A DNA stretch of 64,000 nt from Monocercomonoides exilis PA203 (lineage: Eukaryota; Protista; Preaxostyla): NCBI GenBank assembly GCA_001643675.2, contig LSRY02000041.1:248001-312000 (forward strand). The letters are read 5' to 3'. A program made the position numbers and the translations under genes. The stretch's first letter is position 1; each line of letters begins with the position of its first letter. Of the stretch, positions 26,557 through 38,200 are shown one piece after another. The notes beneath the pieces were generated by a model. The model made no database searches and was not told where the DNA came from. It worked only from the letters and a program-made list of their open reading frames with translations.

Positions 26557-26968
26557 TTTTTTTCACTGTCTGAAGAATTTTTGAATTAAATAAATCCAAA
26601 TTTAGGTGATGAAAAAGAATAAAAAACCGGATACTACAATGAACAAACATGTGAAAGTGGTTTCTTTAAAAACATTCATTAAGAACCATGAAAACATTCA
26701 TCAAACGATATTATTGTGTTATACATATGAAATAATACTGGTGTGCTGCATTTCTGTTTTCAGACACGCACACCTCGCACACCACTTTGCATTTGAAGGC
26801 ACGCCATTCTGCTAAAGCATCTGGATTTTGAAAATATTCCTTTCTGATGTTCATGAAGCTGCAAACTGAAAAGCATGAGAATAATTTATTTAAGTTGGAG
26901 ATTTCGAAAAAGGCTCTTGCAATATTTTTCTTTTGCATTCCTTCTCTCTGTTTCACCACATCCAAATA

Positions 26969-27985
26969 GAATCAACTATTTAATGGGACTTTTTCATTAA
27001 CTGGCACATTTTTTGTTTTTGCTTTCCAATTGCTGAAAAGCGCTGATTGGCTTTCAGTGCTTCAAAAAACCTTTTTTACAAGTTTTACACAATTTATTTA
27101 CAATTTATTTTTTAATTTTTGCTTATTACATTGAGAAAGCAGCACTGAGCAACGTCCAAGAAGGCATGATGGGATATGCATCCATTAAAATTTTAATAAT
27201 TTTTATATTTATATTTATTTTATTTATTTATTTATTTTATTTTATTTTTCACAAACACTTTTTTCTTGTTTTTATGCAAGAACAAAACTGATTATTTCTT
27301 TGCAAATCTGATGAAATGACAAAAATAAAAATTTGATATGAAAAGTGAATACTGTGATAATGAAGTGTTGAAAATTTTTGAATTGATTTTTTATATAAGC
27401 CTTGAACAGTTAAATAAAATTAAACGAAAATGAACTTAGATCGCATTTTTTATATTTTGAAGTGTTCTTGACAAATAGGAAAATCAATTCAAAAATTTTC
27501 AACACTTCATTATCACAGTATTCACTTTTCATATCAAATTTTTATTTTTGTCATTTCATCAGATTTGCAAAGAAATAATCAGTTTTGTTCTTGCATGTTG
27601 TTAAAAAAATGTGTGAAAAAACAAGAAAAAAGTGTTTGTGAAAAATAAAATAAAATAAATAAATAAATAAAATAAATATAAATATAAAAATTATTATTAA
27701 AAAAGAATTTTAAAATAGATAGATGATAGTTCATGCTATCCAAAACATGTACCCAATTTCTTGGACGTTGCCTAGTTGGCTGGTAAAAGTCCTTTCAAAT
27801 TTAACAAAAAAAATTTCTCAATGTGTAATAAGCAAAAATTAAAAAATAAATTGTAAATAAATTGTGTAAAACTTGTAAAAAAGGTTTTTTGAAGCACTGA
27901 AAGCCAATCAGCGCTTTTCAGCAATTGGAAAGCAAAAACAAAAAATGTGCCAGTTAATGAAAAAGTCCCATTAAATAGTTGATTC
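26969..27985. mobile_element. ~1-kb fold-back palindromic element B (relative of A)
   Basis: Starts GAATCAACTATTTAATGGGAC and ends GTCCCATTAAATAGTTGATTC. TA on both sides. Long inverted arms with a spacer at ~27395-27478. Termini and inner arms resemble element A. Confidence 0.9.
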
Positions 27986-29014
27986 TAAGTATCATTGGAC
28001 AAACACAATAATCTATTTTTTGAAGGAAAAGTTGTTCTACAACATAAGGGCATCCAATATTTTTTAGACTTCCATCTTTTTCTGTTTCTGTCACTCTGAC
28101 TTTCATAATATTTACGATGATGATTTTCGACTCCATCTCAAGTCAACATAACACTTACAACTTTTTTTTTTAATTGACATCACTCAAGTTATTCAAGACT
28201 TTTTTTCAAATTGGATTGGATTCATTTCACAAATCTCAATTGTTCCATCTTCATAACCTTTATTATCTTTTGTTTCCTCTTCTTCTTCACCTTCTTATTC
28301 TTCTTTGCCTTCTCTGCATTCTCTGCTTTCTCTGCCTTCTCTGGCTTCTTCTTTCACTACTTCTTTTTCTTCTTCACTGTTTCATCTTCATGTTTTTTAA
28401 TTAAAATGCAGTAAGACAGGTTTACTCCGAGATAATGAGCATTATTTTAATGTATGGGTGGTTTGAGTGAAAACTTCTCTCTCCCAAAATGACGCGGAAA
28501 ATAGGGCGAGTTAAAAAAAAAAGTATTACATTAAAAATTGTTTAATAAAATAATACATTGTCCGCTTCACTTCAACGCTGACTTCGCCTTTTGCCTTGGT
28601 CACGAAGACCAGAGGTCAGGGGAAATTGCACTTCGGAGCTTTCTCCTGCAGTCAGTGCAAAGATCCGGTGAGGCGAGTGTTATAAAAACGGAGCAGAAAG
28701 AAAAACCACTCTCGCTTCCGCGAGGCTTGGAAAAGAAAACTGCTTGTGCAGTGCTCTGCCTCCCGCTCTTTTGCTGATCTAGCAGAGCAAATCCACTCAC
28801 CACATGCTGTGTGGGCTAATCTGACACTTTTATTTGCACTTTCTCTTCATTCCATGTTTCTTAATCCGTGTTATCTGTGTAACCTTGTGACTTTGGGCGG
28901 TTTGTTCTCCTTTCTTCCCCTGAATCTCTCGCACCTTCTTTTCCTCGTCATATTCCTACCAATATGTTTCTTTCTTTCGCACCCAGCTGCTTTGAGTCTC
29001 TCCATCTACATTCG

Positions 29015-29113
29015 TATTATCTCGGAGCAAAACCTGTCTCACTACGTTTTCATTAATTCGCAATAGAGCGAATCTACGAACGCAAGGAGCATGTTTACTC
29101 CTCGATAATGAGT
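29015..29113. repeat. Internal complementary region (ICR) of the DIRS element
   Basis: 29015-29054 is the near reverse complement of 28399-28438, and 29055-29113 of 34022-34080. The two halves abut, reproducing an end-to-end junction. Confidence 0.88.
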
Positions 29114-29400
29114 TCTGAAATCCCTCACTCTTTCTTCTCTTTATATCTTAAACCCTCATGCCTAACACAATATCTTGCGGCGGATAAACTGAAAGCGTGC
29201 GTGTAATGGTGCGACACTCCCGCTCTACACCCTCTATCTCTTGAGATATCTTTGAGGCAACGTCGGTCTGGCCCTTGCCTCTTCAGTGTCGTTCCTTATC
29301 TGTCCTATCCTTCTTCCTCTACGCTTCTTCCGATCTTTGCCTCTCTTCTTCAGTAAAGTTGGATCCTTCTCTCCAGTTAGCTCACAGATATTGTTTGGGA

Positions 29401-30590
29401 TTATGGAGGGTGTCTTCTGACAACTCGGTCATCGGTGTGTAGAGCTTCGAGGTTGCATCGTCTCCCTTTTCTTTCTTTCTTCCCTCCTAGACTCTCTCTT
29501 CTTTTTGATCGCTTTCTCGTTGGTTTCCTCCCTTCTTCAAGACAAGCTTTTGATAATTCCTCGGCACAATCTTTCATCTCTGCTTCTGCAATCTCCAGCG
29601 TACCCTCCTTCGATTCTCCACTCTTATCTGGCTTGTAATCTTCTCCCCTCTGGGGTGCTGGTCCGCCGATTGTCTCCAGAATCCAATTTGTGTCTTGCAC
29701 CGGAAAAACGGTGTAATACTCCTGGGCTTCTCTAGAATCTGGTGCCCATTTCGCACATGTATTGATAGCCCTCCAGTCCGCTCCTTCTCGTCTTGCGAAG
29801 TGTGTTATCACAGCGTGTCTTATCGAATACTCGGTGAATGTTTCAGGTATTCCGTTCTCTCTAAGAATATCCGTTTGTTCTTCCTTAATCCTCTGCAAAT
29901 TTGCTGGCCAACTCCTTCTATGTCAAACCACACATGTTCATTCTTAAAAGCTATCATTGTATAATCCATCCAACGTTGGAGCGCCTCTACTGTATCAATA
30001 CGTGGGCTTGGGTGTTTATTTATTATAATTTTAATAACCTCACCTCCCGACGTCTTTGTCTGAACCTGTGTCTGTAACATGTTATCCTAAAATATCATTG
30101 TCTCCCTTCTCATTCTTTCCAGCTCTGCTAACCTTAAATCCTTAAAAATCATCATGAAGATGAGTGCCCTCCTCTGGAGGATCTGTGGGTCCGTCATATC
30201 GTGGGTGGCTTCTACCCAATTCGTGATGATTGTTAAGTCCCACATTGATTTGTATCGTTTTCCTCTTCTCGGCTTCTTTCCCACATAAGTCTTAAGAAAT
30301 ATTTCTATATCATTAATACCATTTTCGTCTCCCTGAAAAGGTTAATGGAATCCAGTCCTTTCAGAACTGTCTGATGAATCACTCCGTTTGAGAGGTTCGT
30401 ATTCGAGAGTGTTTCAATGAATTCTGCCATAATCCATTTGGCATCTTTGTTTGTGAGGGGGTCCGTGTCATCCATGCTCTCTCTATCCAGAAATTGTTTA
30501 AATCTTCGCAGCGATCTCCACGTGTCTCTTTCGCTCTTTTGATTTCTCAGTGTTGCTGCTATATCTCTTGCTCCAACGTATTCTCCCCAT
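29401..30590 (-). pseudogene. DIRS tyrosine recombinase (disrupted)
   Basis: RYKSMWDL...LRLAEL (catalytic R), TKT, YSIRHA (HxxR box), KWAPDS (W) and EYY (catalytic Y). Broken by an in-frame stop and a frameshift. Confidence 0.85.
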
Positions 30591-32560
30591 GTTTAGAAGA
30601 GGTCCCTTCCCTGGGTATTTTCCTCTCCAATGTAATGCTTATTACCTCTCCTGGGGGTAATTTCCAGTCTTCCCTTCTCATCTTCGCTCCAGGAATCATG
30701 CACTCCTGAAAGGTCCCCAGGGTCTTTATCGAATGCCCAGGCTGCAGTAGCGGGGTCCAGGTCTGCCCCCGCAAGGTTGGCAGTATCAGAATCGTCAGAT
30801 CCCTCTGAGCTTCCTTCATCTTCTCTTTCAGCACCCGTCCAATGTTTCTCAGGAAAGGGTGGACTAGCACTATCTCGTCTTCTGGCATAACTTTCTTTCT
30901 CTTCATTCTCAGAGAGAATAATCTCCGAAAACTTCAACAAAGAACCAGCACAATAGGTTCTGAAATTATATCTAGTGTTCTCGGTGCGACTATTTGCAAT
31001 ATCTCTGCGACTTTCTCTCCCCTCAGTGCATAGTCTAGCTTTTTCGCCATCCGGCTGAGTGCATCTGCCTCCGTGTTCTATTCTCCATGGAGGTGTTCCG
31101 TCTGTATTGTGATGTCCTGGCTGTTCAGTTTCTTCTCCAATGCTCTCAGTGTTGGAATGAGTGATGGCGCTCCCCTCTTCTTCTGTATTGTCCATTTCGT
31201 GGACATGTTGTCTGTCTTCAGCCGAATCTGATCTATCTTCTGCTGTTGCAGCCATGCTCCCTTTCTCTCTAGTGTCCTCAACACTGCCCTGGATTCCTTC
31301 TCGTTGATTGCAAGCGCTCTCCCGGGGTGTCCAACTTCCGTGGACATTTATCTTCTCCTCCATGTTCTCTTTCGGTATTGTTAATACTGCACACCATCCC
31401 AGCTCTGACGCATCTGTTATTAACTCTGCTGGCCTTGTTCTCTTCCACAGACATCTCGGTCTGTTTTCAAGCAGGATCTTCCTCCAATGTGTCAATTCTC
31501 CCAACATCATTGGGTTGGCCATTTCCGTTCCCTTCAAGCCCCCTCTGGCTATCGCCTGCCTCAGCACGTATTGCATGCATGTCATCGACAAGCTTGCTGA
31601 TGGGTGTTGTAACCTCACAAAATTCAGTCTCCTGAGGAGAGCTGCTAAATCTCTCGTCTTTTGTCTCCTTCTCTTCTTTACCAGTGCTATCCAGTTGCGC
31701 ACATCCTCCAGGAGCAGCACTCTCTTCCTCTCTTGGAGAGTCACTTCCATCTTCTCTGAGTTCCACAACCATCCCAGAAACTCCACGTTCCTTGTGGGTT
31801 CCAACTTCAGCTTCTCTTCCGACAATATCCAGCCCAGATTTCTCAGGAACTGGGCTATCTCCTGTGAGATCAATCTCAATGCATCCCTGTCTGGATGCAT
31901 GAGGAGAATGTCGTCCAGATATATTACTAACTTCACTTTCCACTTTTCTCTGATATATGACGCTGCTCGTCTCATTATCTTTGTGAATGCTCTGAGCGCG
32001 TCATTTGCTCCAAATGGCATCCCTACATAGGAATAGCATTGACTCTGGAAACTGAAACACAGATAGGGACTGAATTGCTCGTCCACCTTGACATGTTGGT
32101 ATGCACTCGATAAATCTAGAGTGGTCATCCAATCGTTCTCCTCCAAAAGTTCCACCACTGTCTCCTGGGAATCCATCTTGAAGTGTTTTCCCTGCACTTC
32201 CTCGTTTAGAGCTCTGCAATCCAGGATCTTTCTTCACTTTCCGTTCTTCTTTATCACCATGAATGTCGGGTTGAACCACTTCACCTCCGACTCCTGCATG
32301 GGCTTCACCACTCCTTCCTTCAATTCCTCCTCCAAGAGGGATAAATAATTGTTCATCATTTCTGTCGTTCCCCGAAACTCCTGTCTGTGTTTTCTCTCCT
32401 CGAGTAAGATTGGGGATTGGGGACTTTTCCATCGAGCTTTTATACCCCGGCTCACTAGTTTGTCTCCCCCTATCTTTTTCCACTCGTTCAATCTGTTCAC
32501 CAGTCTCCCAGGAAGTGGCTCCTTCGGTGGTCCACTCGCTGTTCTCCTCTTCACTCCTAG
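30560..32560 (-). pseudogene. DIRS reverse transcriptase - RNase H - MT-like ORF (disrupted)
   Basis: RT motifs HFKMD, TLDLSSAYQH, MPFG, YLDD and FLGW. RNase H motifs ITDASELGW, INEKE, KTDN and NTEADALSR. Followed by VHPF...ILILP...QTW, typical of the DIRS MT-like domain. Premature stop at ~32234 and frameshift at ~31320. Confidence 0.9.
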
Positions 32561-32937
32561 CGTCTTGTGGCCCTGATAAATCTGTGTATTCCCTTCTCCT
32601 TCGAGAATATCTTCAGCAACTGTCTTTGAGTTCTTCTCCAGGGAGCTCCCAATTGAGGACCTTGTAACAATCCCAGAAACTCTCCCAACAATCTTCTCAT
32701 TTCTCATCTCGCTCGTTTGTCTCGTCAATCGGGGATATGCGGAGTCTTCATCTGTTTTCATTGCATCGTGTTGCACTTCTTCTCTCGATATCTCCGTCAC
32801 ACAATCCCGTGTGATTTCTCGTTCTCTTCTCTTCTCGTGATCAAAAGTACTCACAACCTCTCCGATATTCGCGTGTTGTCTCGATTCTTTCGTCTCTGAT
32901 CTCATCTCGCCAAGATCTGCGATTTCTTGTCGTATAT

Positions 32938-33955
32938 TCATTTCACTGTAATTGGATTCTCTCTCTCCTCCCTCGATCTCGCGGCAAAGCGCGGCTCTCT
33001 CTTCTCTTTCCATTCTCTCTCCCCTCTTCCTCCTTTCTCCTGCGACCATTTGCTGGCTCCCATTGTTGATTCCACAGCTGTCTCTCCTTGTGTCCTTGGG
33101 GGGACTGGGGGGCAATGTTCCATTGATAGGGACTGGCCTCCCAGCAATGGTTGGGACAAGCTGTGCTTGGAACTGGTGTGTTCTCTTCTTTCCTTTGAAG
33201 TACGTGAATATCTATCTGTCTCCCTTTCTCTGGAGCTGTCTGCATACGAATCCTTGGGTGCTCCTTCCCGAACTGTATCTTCTCGGGGGTCCACTTCTGG
33301 CCGTTGCAGGCCCGAAACTTATTGTGGGGTCGGGAGATGCACCGTATCCTGTTGCATCTCCCTCTGCTTTAAAAAAATCTGGTGCTCTCTGCCAGCTTCT
33401 TTAGGTTATCCGGCACCTCCTTGGACATTCCTCCTTCAAAAAAGCCTTTCGCGCTTTCCCAACCCGATTGAGATATAACTTTTAGTAGGTTAATCCTGCT
33501 GTTACAGTCGGCAAAAAGCGCGTAAGCACAAAACAGTCCTCTCCGTCGTTCTTTCTCCTCTTCCATGAGGTTCGCCTTCTCCATTTCCTTCACCGTGAGG
33601 GCTGCGATTGCTTTGGCTGCTTCAAAGCCCGATTCTAGGTCCGGCTGGAGGAGTTCGATTACTCGGCTCGCTTCGGGTGAATCTCTTCTCCCCTATGTTG
33701 TGATAGCAGTTTTGGCCAGTGAGTTCCAGCTTGTGTCTGTGTGTCCTGTAAAAAACTCCTTAGTCGTTCCCTCTTCACTTTTCTCATTGGCAGCATCCCC
33801 GTAGCTCCGGACTGACTTGGCCATGCTTGGCTTCTGGTGATTTCTTCGATCATGTTTTCTATCCTTGATAGCCTGTGAATAAGATCATATCCTCTGTCCT
33901 CGCCGTCGCTATTTGGCGCTCTAACAGTATCTTGAGTCATTCTTCCTGCGGACAA
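32938..33955 (-). pseudogene. DIRS ORF1 (gag-like) remnants
   Basis: Fragmented ORFs between the 5' ITR and the RT. Assigned by position only. Confidence 0.5.
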
Positions 33956-35209
33956 TGGAATGCAAAGGAGGTTAAATTGTTGGCGAAGTTTGATCTAAAA
34001 CCACCCATAATTTAAGATCAAACTCATAATCGAGGAGAAAACCTGCTCCTTGCGTTTGTTGATTCGCTCTATTGAGAATTGTCAAGGGAGAGTGAGTCTG
34101 ATGATGGAGGTTTGGTTGGCAAGGATGGATTCAGCAGTAAAGAAGAAGAAGATAGTGTTCATGGATCAAAAACCAAATTCTTTTTGTATATTTGTGGTGA
34201 TTAAAGAATAACAAATGGAAATGGGATGGAAAATACTTGTGAGTGAAGTTGATAAAAGTGGAAGTATTTTTGAAAGGATACTTTGGAAGAAGCATTGCCG
34301 AGACAGAAGTTAGAGGAGCGAAGGATGGAGATGGAAGATGAAAACAAAAATTGCATCTGATACAAAGAATCCAGAGAGAAGTGAAAAGTTTGAGTTATTG
34401 GATGCAGCGTCACATTAGAGTTATTTATCAGATAGTTTTTGGACTGATGAAGACAAAAGAACGAAAATAATTCATCTCTCAGATTCATAAAAGAAAACTT
34501 GAATCAGATCGTTTGATACGGAAATATGTATGTCAAATTTCTTTGAAATAGAATTTAATTATTTGTTGCAAGAATTGAATAAATGATAAATCATTCTCCG
34601 AAAAATAAAGAAGATGAATGTGAATATGAATATGAAATAAGCATGAAATATGAAGAATCGAATTCAAATTTTGAAAGAGTTACATGAATATACACATATA
34701 CGATGAACTATAAATTAAAAAAGGTTAGCTATTTAAAAAAAAATGAAGAGCGAAAACAGAAGTTGGAAAAAACCAATTCAACTGCTTTTCTATGAATGGA
34801 ATCACAACAAATATAAATGGTGAAAATGTTTGAAAAAAAATAACTGAAATGTTCATCCATTTATGAAACAGTTGCTGATATGGAAGTCTGAGTTACAATT
34901 GACAAAAGAAAACTATCAACAAATGATAATATCTTTCAACAAAAACTCAACATTATGTTTCATTAAAGCATACTTAAACAAAAACAATGAAAGGCATCAG
35001 ACTCTCTCAATGAAAGAGCCAGTTTCACGCAAAAACAAACAAAAAAATTTTGTTTTCATCTAAACCCTTCACCATTATTTTCATCCCCTTCCCATTCATT
35101 TCATGTATTAAATTATTCTGCTTTCACAACCTTCTGCAGGCTCATCAAATTCCAAAGTGCATCTTGAGAAGATCCACAAAAACACATTCACTTTTATCTT
35201 TTATAATTT

Positions 35210-38200
35210 TCATCTCTCACTGAACAAGCTCCCACCCCAACTCCCACTTCCATTCACATCTTTTAATTCGTTTGTGTCTTCCTCAACATCCACAGCATCT
35301 GACACAGTCATAATCACGGCTCCTGCTGGAAAACGCTGAATGAACTCTCGCTTCAGTCCAATCAAAGAAGGTCGTTGTTCTGGAACTGCTGAAACACACT
35401 GGTCAATCAGCGTGCTCATTATTCCATTGTTGGCTTCATTCTTCGACCTTTCTCCATTTACAATCTTCTGCCCTGCCACCTCTGCTTCAAACTCTCCAAA
35501 TGGGATCTGAAGGGTCAGACACTCCCACAGCATCATCCCGATCGAAAACACAACCGACTCCTTTGTTGCCCCCATCTTCTTGTTCATCTGCAGCTCTGGT
35601 GCCTTCCACCTCAGGCACTCCTTTCTGAAGTCATCCTCATCCTCTTCGAATGCTGATGAGGGAAGGGAGTCATCGTCATCATCATCACCATTATCACTGG
35701 CAGATGTCACAACTGTTGATGATGAGATGGAAGACGAGTCTGAATCATTATCTGACAACAAGTCCGAATGCATCACAATACAGATCACCATGTGCTCAGA
35801 GAATAGGACAATGTGTGGACTGAGATTGGCAAGTGACTGAAGAGGATTTTCCATTTCGTCAAAGGAGTGGAGGGCGAGATTAGCCACCCAAAACAGGATT
35901 TGTGCAGCTGTTTGCTCTCTTTCCTTCAATGTGCCAATCGCCATCTCTTTTGTCTTATTCCTTCCATGCAACAACATGAACAGCGAATCCCTCAGATCCA
36001 CAATCAGCTTCTCATGAGGAGACGAACAGGCCATGGCATCCACCAGATTCGACATTGATGAGGTGGTTGGGCACAGATCCTCTCCTCGAACAAATGTCGT
36101 ATCTGTATCTGAAGTATCTGTGGATGAAATGGATGGTGATGGTGTTCTTTTCCTTGCCTCTTCTTCAATCTTCTCCAACATCCATTGAGGGATCTTGTCT
36201 GAATCTCTCCCAAGGATGTATTCTGTTGAGCCGCTCTCAGATAATAAATGCTCCGATGACTCTGAATGTTCCATATTCGTATCATACACCCTCTTCTTTG
36301 CATTCTCTTCATTCTTCCTTTCTGCCTCCCTTTCTGCTCTCTTCCATTGAGCCTCAGGCGACATCTCCATCGTCACCATCTCAAATGCCTTCGGATCTTT
36401 TCTAATGTTGTCATTCACAATCTCTCTCAAATCCTTCGCTTCATTCTTTGCCTTTCTCCATCTGACTGCAAGAATAACAGAAACAATCAGAACAATCAAA
36501 AGAATAACTGCCATAATAACAATTATCAACAACCAGTAAGATTTCCCTTCTTTTCCTCCTTCAACAATCCTTTCATCTCCTTTGACCTTTGATTCTGTTT
36601 TGTTCTTCAGAATCTGTGGGTTTGTTGCAGCCAATTGTTTTCCAAACAATATCATCACTGATACCTCTGTTTCATCTGAAGCCAATGATATATTTTCTGA
36701 TGGGATTATTCCAATCACCTCTGTTTCTGAAACAAAGCTTTCTTCCTCAAAGTGATATGTTTCAGCCAATTCCACATCTCCTGTTTTGTAAACAAGTCTG
36801 AATGACAAGTCACATGGAACAAAAAGAGATCCATTGAATTTGATATAAATGTTGCTTCCATTTTCAATGAGAGAAGCATCTTCCAGTTTGGGAATGAAAA
36901 AAGGAGATGATCTTTCTCCTGCTATCCCTCTCAAATCACATCCACCATTCAGAATCCAAAGAGAAGAGTTATCTTTCAATCCATCCCCTCCCTTCAAACT
37001 CAAAATGGTCAGCGAAGCAGAATCTGAACAAATGATGTTTCTTCGAAGAGAGGGATATTTTTCAATGAATGGATTGTTGTTTGCAAACATTCCCATCTCA
37101 ATAACTGTTTTTCCTCCTCTTATCGAAATTCCTCCCTTTGACGAATCCTCAATCTTAATTTCTTTTGCGTGAAGATTGGAATTTTTCACATGGACAAGCG
37201 ATCCATTCCATTCACATATTTCTTTAAAACCATTATTTCTTTCTCTTTCCCTTTCATTCGCAATGGCTCCTGTTAATCGACATAAATCCATTGATACGTC
37301 AGTCATGTTGTCAAGTCCCATGATGCTTTCTTTATCAGAGCGAGAAACGCAATTTGAACACAAGCAATTGGAAATAACTGTATGAGCGGATGATGAAGAA
37401 GCAGAGAAAACAGTAGCCCCTTCTGAATTCCTTGAACAGTTGTTGAATGATGAATCAATAAGAGTGATTGTTCCTGAAGTTTTTTCGTTCATTGAAAAGA
37501 CACAACCTTCAGACAACTTGACCCCATTAGCATCAATTCCATTCAGCACAACACTTCCACATTTTCCAATCTCAAATATATCTGTTGTTGATTCGATTTG
37601 TTCCAGTTTCACATTTGCAAAATTAATCTCCTCTCCATTCAGCAAAAATGAAGGCTTTTTGAATGAAATGAACGATACTGAGCAGTTATCAACACGAAGA
37701 ATTCCATTTTCGATGTTCATCAACGTTGAATTGAGGACAACGGATTCAATGTCTGATTCCAAAATCGAAGAAAAGTCAACAGATGAAAGAGAAAGTTGTC
37801 CATTTGTTTCATGAATAATTGAATTGCTTAAATATGAAAACGATTGATCAAAGTTGAATTTCACACTCTCAATCCGAACTTTCTCTGAGGTTGTGATCAG
37901 ATTTCCCTCTATACCAGCAATTGTTGAGGTCAAAAATACCAAAGCAGCTGAGGGAGATTGAAGTGAGCGGATGGTCACATCCTGAGCATCACATTCCCCA
38001 ACAACATCTGTTTGACCCAATATTAACAGCTGTGAGTATAGAGATGGAATAATGTGTTGAACTCCAGCATTCAGCGAATCACAAGGCATACTGAACTCTC
38101 CACATTGCTTGCTGTCTTCGTGATTGTCTGCAACTGATGACACAAATATCGTCTCGCTCCGGTATTTCATAACCCTCAGAAGATCTTCTTCCTCCACAAA

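Larger units (their letters stand above)
28399..34080 (-). mobile_element. DIRS-1-type tyrosine-recombinase retrotransposon, full length, degenerate
   Basis: Gag-like, RT/RNase H, MT-like and YR coding remnants. Imperfect ITRs (~28417-28490 vs ~33975-34045). Internal complementary region 29015-29113 pairs with both termini. AATT at both ends. Confidence 0.92.
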
